This document shows positions 20,917 through 32,684 of a stretch of DNA of 64,000 nt, piece after piece. Below the pieces are notes generated by a model. It saw only the letters and a program-made list of their open reading frames with translations, did no database searches and had not been told where the DNA came from. The translations under genes were made by a program, and so were the position numbers. Location of the stretch: the NCBI GenBank assembly GCA_907165135.1, contig OU015568.1, positions 1,240,001 to 1,304,000 on the forward strand. The letters run 5' to 3'. Numbering within the stretch: the first letter of the stretch is position 1; each line of letters begins with the position of its first letter. Source of the DNA: Oikopleura dioica. Taxonomy: Eukaryota; Animalia; Chordata.

Positions 20917-22933
20917 ATGAAATTTGGAGTTTTGGAAATTTTGTTTCTTTCGTTGTTGCTGAGATGTGAGGGGACGAATATTTCATGTCATCATTTTGCT
21001 ATTTCATATCCTAACAGGTAGAACTAAATTTGAATTGAATAAATATTACACAGTAAAAATTTCAACCAATATTTTTTGGAAATAAGGTCAAAAAAAAAGA
21101 AATTTTTAGTTCTGGAGAAATTACTGAAAACTACGATGACAAAGAGCGCACAAATTGTTACCAATGCTCTCGTAGAATCCGCAATTTTCGTACAGTTTCT
21201 GGCGAGGAACACGGAAAAAGTCATCGAAACAAAAACTGTACGTCTGAAAGATGTCACGTTTACATGGTTTTGTACGATTGCGTCGACACAAAGCCTCTTG
21301 GTGTGAATACGAGCGAATACGATTATCAGCGAGGAGAGCCGGAAGAATATTGCGACAGTGGAGATTATTGCTCGGAAAGAATGGAAAAGGCGCCGATTTT
21401 CAAGCACATGGAGATCTACCAAGAAAAATTAAATCGCAGATATCTTATTCTATGTATCTCGATATTGTTTGTAGGCCTCATCTTCTTGGTTGTGCGGAAT
21501 AAGAGAATAAACGCAAAGAAGAAAAAACTGCTGGAAAACAAGGAAGAGGAACAAATCGCATTACACGATAAATGCCAACTGGAAAAAGAAGCTGAAGATA
21601 AATCGATTGATCTCTCGGGCTCTGGTGCTGAAATAAGCATTGATTTCACCGATGACTCCCTTCCTTTTCTATCAGGTTTTCTTTTCAACATGAAAAATTT
21701 TTTTAATGATTTTTAAGGATCTGGAGGGGGAATGCCAGCTTTAGGGAAAGAAACAATAGCCCAGCAAATAAAAGGGCTTGAAGAAATAGGAAATGGTGAT
21801 CGATTTTAGTATCATAAAAATTGTTAATTTTAACCAAATTATTCATCATAAAACAGGGTCCGGACTTCATGGCTCAGTCTACCGCGCGCTTTGGCATGGA
21901 GAATTCATTGCAGTCAAAAAGTTTCAATCTTGGGATGACGAAAGCTGGAGACACGAGTTGGAGATTTTCAGGACTCAGATGATTTCTCATCGGAACATCT
22001 TGCGAGTCATCGCTGCCGCTTCCAGAGATAACGGGACAGCGACTGAAAGATGGCTCGTCACTGAATTTCATCCGCATGGATCGCTCTATGATTATTTGAG
22101 GACGCATAATCGAAGTTTGAAGCCGCCCCAATGTTTCAAGCTCTTGAATTCCTGTATGTTTTAATTCGATTGCTCGATTAAAATGATTTTAAGTGATGTG
22201 CGCCATCGAGCACCTTCACCGAACGATTCACACTCAAAAGCAAATCAATGGAGAAATGAAGACAATCAGCAAAATTGCCATTGTCCATCGAGACATCAAA
22301 TCTAGAAATATTCTCGTCTCAAACGGCGGAGAATGCATTCTTGCCGACTTCGGTCTGTCTCTTCGACTGGATCAGTGGGAAGTGGACGAAAAAGACAAGC
22401 CTGACAACTTCTTCAGTAAAAAGATTGGAACGACAAGGTTTTTTCAAGGCGATTTTCGGGATTATCGGGAAACGTTTTTAGGTACATGGCTCCAGAAGTT
22501 CTGGGAGACACACTCGCTAGAGATTCGTTCGAGAATTACAAAAAGGCTGACATGTACTCGATTGCTCTGGTAATTTGGGAAATTCTCAGTCGTACACTTT
22601 TAAAGGGAATGGTCACTGATGACTTGTGCCCATACAAGTAAATTGCCTTCCTCAATCAATTTCCAAAAATGATTTAGCCAGCCATACACACGTGAGCTTG
22701 GAAATCTGCCCGATCCCTCAATTCCTCAAATGACAGACGTCGTCGTCCACCGCCGACAGCGGCCTATTATTCCTCATGAAATCGTTCGAGACCCGATTTT
22801 CAAGAAAGTGGCAAAACTGACAATGGAATGCTGGGATCCAAAACCAACAAATCGTCATTCTGCTTTACGGATGCTCAAATCTCTAAGAGAGATCGAAAAA
22901 TTGTACAAAGAAGAGAATTTCAATGAAAAATGA
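20917..22933 (+). CDS. TGF-beta family type I receptor Ser/Thr kinase (ALK4/5/7-like L45 loop)
   Basis: Signal peptide, Cys ectodomain, TM, GS-like SGSGGGMPALGKETIAQQI, GSGLHG, AVKKF, HRDIKSRN, ADFG, YMAPE; L45 loop ASRDNGTAT. Confidence 0.85.
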
Positions 22934-23018
22934 ATCGATGATTGTTTAAAGAAAGTTTTTTTTTTATAAACGTCATAAAGATCAAAATCTTGCTGTCGAT
23001 TGTTAAAAATAAATTAAG

Positions 23019-25237
23019 TCAGTTTCGGTTGCCCTTGCATACAGCAAGCAGAAGTTTCTCTGCGTCTCCTCTGAATTCAGACTTGATTGCGTCTTCTAGA
23101 GTTCGTTTTCCACTGCCGAGCTTTTTGAATTCGGTCTTCACATTTTCGAGGCAGATTTCAGCAGTGAAAACCAAGTTCCAAATGACTGTGTCTTCGTCGG
23201 TTCCAGCTCCTTTCATGCCTTTATAAATTCGGCTAAAGGGCTTTAGTGAGAAAAAAAAAGAAAAAGTTTTACCTAGCGAAATAGTTTCCAGGATTTTTGG
23301 CAAGTTTGACGACAGTTTTATACGCGCTGCAGAGCTCCTAAAGATTACAAACGTCAATTTTCCCGAAGTCAGTAAAATTTCCTATCGTACAGTGTCAACA
23401 AGACACTTTGGAAACGTTATCAAAAATATTTATTGTCTCCAGAGAAACAAACCATCTTTCCTGTTCGAAAAGCACCCCGGTCGAATTCTTTTTGCGAGAA
23501 AAAAATGGATCAGCATATGATTTTAACGCTAGAAAAAATGATGAAAAAGATGGTGAAGAATGAGCTTCGTCTATTTGAATTACAAACTGGTATTCTTATG
23601 TCAACTTCAAATTCAAAAATATTTCTCGAACTATTCAAGATCTCTACGGTAGAATCGCAGAACTTGAAGCAAAAGTGAATAAGCTTGATCCTAACACCCA
23701 ATTTACAAGTGATCATTCGAATGGAATAGGTACAAATCCCTCTTCTGGTGATTTTTTCGCAAAATATGAGAAGGTCTTTCAAGAAAAACTGGTTCCACTG
23801 CCAGTTAGAGATCCCAACCAGCTTACAAAAGACATTAAATTTGTTCCCGAGAGTGTCGGTAATCAGCTGCTTCAAGAAGCTCGAGTTTACGGGACAACAA
23901 GCCTAGAGCAGGGCACTAGTCTTGACGAAATGGAACGTCGCATGCAGAGGATGAAAAAAGCCTTGAACATGGAAGGTACTCAGTCTTTCTCAAAAAACTT
24001 GAAAATGTTAAGGATCACAACTTGGAATGAACTCAAATGGGGAATATTTTGTTCACGAATGATTTCGCAAAAATAAAATGATGCAAAAAATTAACATTTT
24101 TGATAAGTGTACCTTACTAGTTTCGCTCTCGATCATCTTTTCCATCAGAGTTCCCGTCTTCTTTTCAAAGATCAGGATAATTTCCCTCAATTGCACAAAA
24201 GATCGTCTAGCGAAGATCATCGAAAAGGTTTCTTCATCAGTTCCCCATTTCTTGGGACCAGCTTTGATAAGCAAATCAGCATCTCGCTCAGCAGCGGCTC
24301 GGTCAAGTGGCTGGTTTTCTTCTCGGGTACCCTGAGGAAAACATTTCCTTTTTGTTAATTTTTTTGATTTACCTGGAGCAAGCAGACCATGAATTTTTCG
24401 AAATCACCGCTGGTATCGCCCTTGACATCCTTTTCGAGGTCCCGGCCGAACTCCTTTTTGTACTCTTCCTTGATTTCTAAACATTTTTTTCATTTTCAAA
24501 GATGCCCAGCCAACTCACCAGTGATTCCTTTGTTGCTTTGCGAGCAAATAATCTCAATCAGCGTCGTTTCATCTGTCCCGGCTCCCTTAATTGCGGCCCT
24601 GAAAAAAGACAGTTACCGTCAAAACAAATCATACGTATCCAACTCTAATTTCTTTATTTACCGATGCACCCGATCTCTCGATAGAACAAAGGACGCAATA
24701 TGTAACGAAATGCGTTGTTGGGCAATTAGTGTTTTGCATGATATTAATAGATTTAATTCGGAATATATCCGCTCTTCGAACAATTATTACCTCAGTTTGT
24801 GGGCAGCATGATTTTTTCGCGTTCGGCAGAGGGCTTTCAAGCCTTTTCGCAAATCGTTTCGCTTGATTTTTCGATTCTAAATGATATTGTTAAGGGAGTT
24901 TATTTGTTAATTCAGAGTTTAAGGACTAAATTTTTAATTGACATAATAAGGGTGTCACTATCAAAGCCTTTTCTAAGAACGAGAAAATATCGAATTTAAC
25001 GTTCGATACCCCCTTAATTGAGGGATTATAAACTCACTTGTCCATCAAATCTGTTCCATAGCACCCTTTGTAAACCTTGACAATCTCCTGTATCTGCGCA
25101 TTCGAATGGGTCGTGAAAACCTCAATGATCGGCTCTTCGTGAATTCCAATCGTTTTGGAGAAGCCTTTCTTCAGTTTCACAGCGGCTTCTTCATAATTCG
25201 GATTCCTCTTGGGCACAATTGTTCCACCGAAATTCAT
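23019..25237 (-). CDS. Annexin (four repeats, short N-terminus)
   Basis: AAIKGAGTDETTLIEII, AGPKKWGTDEETF, MKGAGTDEDTVI, KNPGNYFA; repeat 1 is degenerate (GFSKTIGIHEEPII). Confidence 0.88.
23505..24062 (+). CDS. Uncharacterised coiled-coil protein nested antisense in an annexin intron (3 exons)
   Basis: Two GT-AG introns join ORF pieces in frame: MDQHM...ELQT-DLYGRIAELEAKVNKLDP...ALNMEG-SQLGMNSNGEYFVHE-TGA. Confidence 0.5.
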
Positions 25238-27133
25238 TTCCGTTGTGAACGTTGAGCTTAATTCAAGAGTTATTTTCGCTACAGTTTCTATCAAACTAAG
25301 GGTTAACCTAGATATCGAGAAGCTTGAAAATTGGTTAGATACCCTCAGTTTTGTGATCGGAAGAAAACGGCGGATTTCGAAGAGAACAAGTATGTTTCCA
25401 AAAGCAAGATTATTTAATATCTTCCGCTCGCGGAAAAGTGATAGTGAGCTATCTCCTGTAAGGAGCCGCACATTGAAGAGAATCCTTGACAAGTCTGCCG
25501 TCCCGATTGCGTCTTATGCAACTTATGCATGTTTGCGTTTTTTGATAAGGGACGGGAAAGTGGTGGAAAGAAAAAAGGGAAGGAAAAATAGAAAGTGCTT
25601 CCTTGATTATTTGAAGCAACTTGTAATTTAGCAAATAGACACTTAGTAATCCGGAAAAAAAAATAAAGGATAAGGATTTCTATTCATTGGAAAATGCTAA
25701 TTTACAAGTGGAAACCCTTAAGATTCCTTTAGAACGCGGAGAAGGGATGAAAATTTGTCTTGAGGGAAAACCATATCTACGTCTTTTTTAGACTTTGTTT
25801 TGTGATTCATGACTCAATAAACGGGATTTAAAAGGGCAACGTTGAATTTTTTCTTAACATTAGCCTATCCAAAAGCCCCCGCAAGACCTCTACTTATCAC
25901 GCTTTCGCTGGTTATGCCTATCGCCTATCTTGGGCGACGAAGTGCTATTTAATTTTTATCCTCATTTTAACATCAAATCCTCAAATCTCTCCACCCATTT
26001 TTCCTTACCTTTGAGAACTTCCCATCTTGTCTTCTTTTCGGTCGTCTTGGTCAGTTTTGAATTTGAATGGACTGTGCATCGACGCGATTTTTATAAAAGA
26101 ATATTTACCGATCGTAAAACAATATTTTTTCTATGACGGCAAGACATTTGATTTTCCATATAAAGAACGCATTAGATTTTCTTCCTGCCAATTTCCTACA
26201 CTTTTTCTTCCAAGAAAAACTCACTGGAAATTTTGATTAAGTATTGAGTCATTCAGGTTTTCCTACGTCTTGACGTCTTTATTTTTGGGCTATACTTATT
26301 TCTAAAAGAAGTTTCTGGTCATTTTTACGCGGCCAAGTTTGTTGCTAAATTTGGCATCGGTAATAAGTTTATAGATCATGTTGAGTAAAGCAAGTTTCAG
26401 AATTTAGATGGGCGAACATATTATGGGTCAACGGTAAGCTCATGCCTTGCTCAACGTTTATCTAATTACATCGATCTCGCAAGGAAAATAAATATCCTTC
26501 GTCAACTTTCACCTTGCTCGCCTTTTTTTCCTCAAATCTTAGCATTCTAGAGCTCAATTTTCAATCAATTTTTCATTGTCAAACATTGATTTGATCATCC
26601 TGCAAATAAATGAGAAAGAAACGATTTATATTTTTATGATTTTTATTAATTTTTATGGATTTTTTTGGCAAACATAGAAATATTCAACAGTTGTGTCAAA
26701 AAGTTTTAACGGAAGAGAAAAGTATGAACAGTAAGCAGTATTTTTTGATCGAGTCTAGCTGTTTTTAGACTCGATCTGTTAGGTAAAGTAACGATCGTTA
26801 AGTTTGTGTGTTGGTGATAATAGCTGAATGAAAATGGCTGTTATCAGAATATTTTGAATAAGCGCTTGAAAATTAATATTCTGATAAAGACAAGCCAGAT
26901 TCAAGGATAAGTTAGACAGATACAGTTAATATATAAAGGTGTCATCCATCCTTTATGGCCAGTCGTGTACAAATAGGTTAATTTTTTAACCAATGAAATC
27001 TAAGCTTGGGCCTCAAAAAGACTTCGATATGGAATTATCGTAATTTTCCTTAAGGGTACCCTTGCTTTAGTTTCACAGAAAAAAGACCGTTCATTTTTAT
27101 GAACGGTGGTTTTTAAAAAGAAATGAATAATAC

Positions 27134-27576
27134 TTAGCAGGAACCAGAAGTTTTTGCGTCAACCATCTGTCCGACGATTCGCTCAGCTCGGGCAAGCATT
27201 CTGTTTCGGGTGCAGCCGCCGAGGTTTCGTCCGACGATTCGCTTGGTGACGGATCGGATCTGGGAGGTGGCCTTGGCCTCGTTTTTCTTGGAGAGTCGCT
27301 CTTCGATTTCGCCTTCTTCCTCAGCCTGTCGTCGCTTTCGAGTCCAGGAGGTGTATTCCTCGCCGCACTTGTTGAAGGCCTTGTCGAGTCGGTCGACCAT
27401 GTTGTTGAGCTTATCACTCCATCGGTCGAAGCTTTCGCATTCGCCGTACCACTGGTTGAGGGTGTAGTTGATGTGCTCTCGGAGGTTGTCTCGCTGCTCA
27501 GCAAATGGGTTGGGAACGTCGGGCTTGGACTGGACCTCAGCGTTGGCAGCGGCAAAAGAGCAAGAGTGAATTTCAT
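27134..27576 (-). CDS. Small secreted protein with an RKRR cleavage site; signal peptide out of frame by 1 nt in this sequence
   Basis: Strong C/G-ending codon bias. ATG AAA TTC ACT CTT GCT CTT TT- joins FAAANAEVQ... only if one T is added to the T4 run (27554-27557). TATA box ~75 nt upstream. Confidence 0.65.
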
Positions 27577-27648
27577 ATTTATTTCTGTGTGTTTTGTCTC
27601 GAACTGAGTATCTCGGTTTGTGATGGAGAATCGACGCTGGACGCAAGG

Positions 27649-27655
27649 TTTTATA
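27649..27655 (-). promoter_or_regulatory. TATA box (TATAAAA) of the secreted-protein gene
   Basis: CTCTATAAAACC on the minus strand ~75 nt upstream of ATG 27576. Confidence 0.55.
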
Positions 27656-27869
27656 GAGCTTGAAAAATGCGAGATTGTGGAATAGATGGAGTCCGAGCGC
27701 GCGGCGGCAGGAGGCGCTGGCGAGCTGACATGAGCACGCGTGAGAGAGGAAAGGGTACTGTTGAAATAGCTACGGAGGAAATTTCTACTTGGCGACGGAA
27801 AATTTTGGGTTGAAATATGATGACCTTGTTTAGCGCTCGAAGAGTTGAAATCAAGAGAATTGTATTCTG

Positions 27870-28760
27870 TTTTTAGGGAGCAGTTAGTCGAGAATAGTAA
27901 CGTTCCATCGGACATCTTTGCCATTTCCGTCCGTGACGAAGCCGACTTTCGCCTCACCATCGTCATTCTCGCTTGTTTCCCAATCTTGAGTCTTGATCGA
28001 TCGCCCCGACGGCTCACCAATGTAGTCACATTTGGCTTTGAACCGGACGGGCTCCCCTGAATGGATTCTGATAAGAAACGAGATTGCAAATTTCCACCTC
28101 ACCATCTCTCGACAAGAACAACTCCCAGATAATCACCATTTCGCCAATCAAGAGCGTCAGACCTGGAATCTTGGAAACCTGACGAATTTTCCAGCCAAAC
28201 ATCGAAATTTCCACGTCGGATTTCAACGTGCATTTCACATTGAAAGTCCTTAGTCCCTTGGCAACAGATTTCATCAACGCCATGTAGTCTTCCTTATCAT
28301 GAGGTGGTCGGACTCCCTTGACGGCATCGTTGCCGAAGTAGTGACCTTCCATCTTGCGAACTCGGAGGACGAATTTTTCACGCTCAGTCAATGCTAAAGA
28401 CAAATTATGATGTGGTAACTTCATCATGATTTCTCTAGAAAAGAGAAACGCGCACCTGGGATCCTTGAAGCAGCTTTTTCGTAAGATGGAGGATCAACAG
28501 ACCCGCCTTGCTGCTTATCTCTAAGCATGTCTCGCATGTCAGCAATGATCTTAATTATTATTTTTTACTATAACTTCAGCCAATCAACAATTCTAGCTAA
28601 CCTTGTCTTTCTCATCCATTTCCTTTTTTCGTTGTGCTTCCCTCATTTGGTACATTTTCTTCTTCAAGTCTTCGATTTCTTTATCCTTTTCCCCAAGCTG
28701 CTGCTTGAGCATTTCAATCTCTTCCTTGTCATCGTCGACTTTTGAGCCACAGCAAAAGCA
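27870..28760 (-). CDS. Hypothetical multi-exon protein with a coiled-coil exon; splice structure unresolved
   Basis: Coding-like stretches VDDDKEEIEMLKQQLGEKDKEIEDLKKK, MMKLPHHNL...TLKSD and IHSGEPVRFKAKCDYIGEP... separated by short intron-like gaps. Confidence 0.3.
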
Positions 28761-31116
28761 CATTTATGATTCTATCAAAAAATAAATTTTTTTAATAAAA
28801 GAATTCTCAAATTTTCGAACTCACTGTCACTGTATTGAAAGCCCTTATGCTCTACTGACTGGCAGAAATATTCTGTAGGAGTTTCCAAATATCATTATCG
28901 CTTTCATATTTATTCAGACTTCATAAAATTCAGAAATTCGCGTCCACATGTTCTAAAATATATTTGATCGTCAAATATTTTCATGTTCAAAGGAAAAAAC
29001 CAAACCCAAGATTGACGTCGGGTATCTTCAAGTTTCGAAAACAAAGACGAAATTCTCCAGTATAATTTCCTCACTCTGTCTCGGTTCTTTATCAGTCCCT
29101 CCTTTGCGCACTTATCGTTCCTTTCCTAGAGGATTATCCCTTTCATGCATATTTATGAAAGCATGAGAGAGACGGAGAAATCAGACATGCTCAACCAAGG
29201 ATCTTTCTTGGACAGTTTATCTTGTTATTTACTTTTTTTTAATCTTTATTCAAATATAGACGGAGAAATCAGAAGACGAAAATCTGGATTTTCTTCTTCT
29301 TCCTGCTCTTTTTCATTATTTCCGTAGCCAAATAAGAAAAAAAAAATGCATATGTAACATATGATATGTTCGAACATGCATCGCAAATCCCTTGCAAAGC
29401 CTTATTTCTGCACGTGACACGAGAACACTTCCGTAAATGAGTTTTACAACAAGGTAAACATACTTGTCTTGCGGTAGATTGTCTAAATAATTACTCTAGT
29501 TGATCTCAATTTAGAAGTATAGAAAAGGAAATTTGACCTAATTTCTTTAGCGCATAAAATATTAAATACAAGCTTAGCTTAGCTCAGCTTAGCCTCGTAA
29601 TTTTGAGTCAAACTGGCTAAGCTTGAGCAAAAACTTAGTTTTGAACCCATTTTTTCTTTGATTTTTCTTGAAGAAAAGTCTGTTTGAAAATCGAAGCTCA
29701 TAATGACAATCTCCTAATAAACGCATCCTAATGCAAAATTGAAAAGTTGAAAGCTTGGTTATTTTGAAATTTGACAGCCGGAGTTGATCATCAACTTTTA
29801 TCGTCTCTAATTACATCATGGAGTCGGAAATTCTCTCTGAAGGTGACCTAACTTTTGGGACAATTTTCCTTATCGAAATTTTCTTATCGCGCTAATTATT
29901 TGACCCCGTGCGGCCAAGTGCGGAACGTAAATATTACTTTCGGGAGTAAAAGGGAGGAAACGAAAAGAGAATCTCTTATCGCATCCAGTCGATTACCGAC
30001 TTGCTTGAGTCGCGCTCCTTTTGATTATCTTCTTTTTAATTTTAAGAATATTTTCGTTTGCTTTAGTGACCAAGAATTGAGGCTAAACTAACAGTACCAT
30101 TTCACGTTCCGCGAATTCCTCCTATGTTTGCGAAGATGGATTAGCTCTCATTAAATTCAAGCCACGAAATTCAGCCACGTTTTTGAAAATATGTCAGCAA
30201 GCCTAAGTTTGCCCCGTTTATTTTTATGTCATCGAATTTTTATTTGAGTGCTGTGTAGTATTACACAAGGAAGGTATTGATGATGATAATCGAATCAGCT
30301 TTTTTTTAGAAAAAAAATTTTATTTAGTAAAAAACCCTCTTGGGCCCGCCAGAGCGAAAAAACGAAAAAAACAAAAACAGGTTTAAATATTCAGAGCGCT
30401 TTTTTAGAACTTGCCCTGGCGAGGCTTTGACCTGACCGGATTTTACTGCCGGGTCATTTTTCCTCCTCTTCTATACTGTTTTGGAAGCGCTTTCCGTTTT
30501 GCAAGTTTTGCTAGAAATAGAAAATCAACACGGAAATGGACTGCTAATGACTTCAACAAGTTACCAGTGGAATTCTTTGGACTCGAAAGAGAGCAAAATT
30601 TGGGTCGAAAACCTGTATCCAAACCTGAGTCAGGGTCGTGGAAGAGCTCTAAAAATGAGCTTCCTTTTCTCAAAAAGATTATTCTTATCAAGGTCCTCTT
30701 TTTGAGCAAATTTGACCCAAATCGTGGGATTAATTTTGACGTGTCTAAATTTCCTAATTACTTTTGGGAACCATCTAATGCGCCTCCGCTCGGCTCTGAT
30801 CAACTTGTCCTGTCTCCCTTCCTCCAGCAGGAAAGTTGTATGAAAACATTAAAACTCAGTTATCATTTTAGGATGACGCAGCAGAAAATTGCAAATTTCG
30901 AATTCGAAGGGGATTATTATCAGTAGGGGCGATCGGAAGATCGTTTTGATAATAGCTAATCCGTGGCTGATTCTGATTGAAAAATCATAAGGATAAGGAG
31001 GGAGCTTTAGGTATTTTTTTTCTACAGAAAATAGGGGTCACCATTTTCACAGAGGAACATTAAAGGCAATCTACGAGCCGATTGATCATGATTATAGATA
31101 GGAGGATGGATACGGA

Positions 31117-31534
31117 CAGAGTTGCGAATTTGTTAAGCTGAGTGATCTGAGCTGGCTGAGTGAATTGAGCAGTCGCTCAGCTCAGCTCAGCTCATTGATT
31201 TTCGAAAATGATCTGATCTGCTCAGCTCAGCTCAGCTCAGACGAGTATCACTCAGCTCAGCTCAGCTCAGCTCAATGATTTTAACACAATTTTACTACTA
31301 AAAATGCAGTAAAAAACAGCTCAGCTCAGCTCTAAATAGGGTCTGCTCAGCACAGCTCAGCTCAACTACCTAAAAAAAAGGTCTGCTCAGCTCAGCTAAA
31401 TGACCTCTGAAGAAGGGCAGCTCAGCTCAGCTCAGCTCATTTAGCTGCAAAATAGGCCAGCTCAGCTCAGAAAACTTTTCACGTAGGTTCGCTCAGCTCA
31501 GCTTAGCAAAAATAAACCAAAATTTGCAGCTCTG
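31117..31534. mobile_element. hAT-like MITE filled with (AGCTC)n subterminal repeats
   Basis: Ends CAGAGTTGCGAATTT / AAATTTGCAGCTCTG. Flanks GATACGGA and GATACAGG (degenerate 8-bp TSD). Many GCTCA pentamer arrays. Confidence 0.55.
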
Positions 31535-32199
31535 GATACAGGGGACCAATAAATTTCACCTTGTCATCACCTTGCGGTCATTATTGAAGAGTAGGTCCTT
31601 TATTTATCGCCATATTTGAGAGCCCTCTACCGAGTTTGTGTCCTAATTAAGAAGGAGATAGCCCCACGTTGGCCGAATAATTTTGCTGCCCGCTGAATGC
31701 CGATTGAGGCCATTTTGAAAATGCGAAAATCCGTAAATGCGGAATAGCATGGTTTACTAATTGGCCATTTGCGCAAAGATAGACCCTTCTTTAATCAGGC
31801 TTCTTTGTACTAACACTTGATAAAAGCGAGTCATAAGTAAAGAGGCCACTCTAAAGCTGAGATCATAATATTTCTTTTACAAACAGCTGGAATTTTCCTT
31901 CGCGTAAACTCACTGACTAATTCTCCAAAATACAGGTTAAAAACCAAAAAATCGTTGTTTGGCAAACAAAAACCGCAAAGAAACCCTGTTGTTTCCCGAT
32001 TCCCTCTGTTTTCTGACAATTGTTGAGCACGTTTTTATCCTTGTCGTTACAAGCTCTCATGGTTTTTCTCTGATGATTATATAAATTTTTCTTTTTACTG
32101 TTGTTTTAAGAAAAAATCGATTTTCTCAGAGAACTTTTTTCAGCACTTTATTTCCGATAAAATGACGAGATAATAAGCTGCTTATTATAGGCAGTTACT

Positions 32200-32373
32200 T
32201 TAATTAGTTTCAGTTTGATTCAATCCACCTGTTGGAATATCAAGATCATCATTTGGGGAATCTGACTTGATGAGATTAATGCAAACCATAAAACCAGCAC
32301 CAACAATCGCTAAAATACCAAATATTGTTTGTATTTTCCGCTTTTTACTAAGATTCTGCCATGTTTCTCTCAT
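32200..32373 (-). CDS. 57-aa single-pass membrane microprotein (putative)
   Basis: MRETWQNLSKKRKIQTIFGILAIVGAGFMVCINLIKSDSPNDDLDIPTGGLNQTETN: basic juxtamembrane stretch plus TM. Head-to-head with the protease gene. May have upstream exons. Confidence 0.4.
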   Translation of the reverse strand: MRETWQNLSKKRKIQTIFGILAIVGAGFMVCINLIKSDSPNDDLDIPTGGLNQTETN

Positions 32374-32684
32374 TTTTGAGGTATAAACTGAGTTCAGTTG
32401 TGGGAGTTAAAATGACAAAAATAATCTCGACTTTTTCTAGCTGGCATTTTCTCGTAAAGTTGAATACCACCTAACTGCCTTCGACTATAAAATTTATTAA
32501 CGAGTCAGACCATTTAGAAAGTTTTAAGGCCCCATATTATGAATAGTAAATGTGAATAGTCATTTATCAAACCGTAGGTGGTGCTCAAACAAAGCCCGCA
32601 GTAAAGTCATTTTCCCCGTTTTTTACACTCACTTGTTTACAATTCTCCCTTTTTAAAACAAAATCTTCAAAAATATCGTTAAAA

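Noticed and set aside
26747-26776. Perfect 11-bp hairpin GATCGAGTCTA / TAGACTCGATC
   Set aside because: Isolated, too short for a pre-miRNA, with no Helitron CTRR end or other supporting context.
27097-28089. 330-aa ORF
   Set aside because: Ser/Thr-rich off-frame reading that crosses a promoter and two different genes; codon bias supports another frame.
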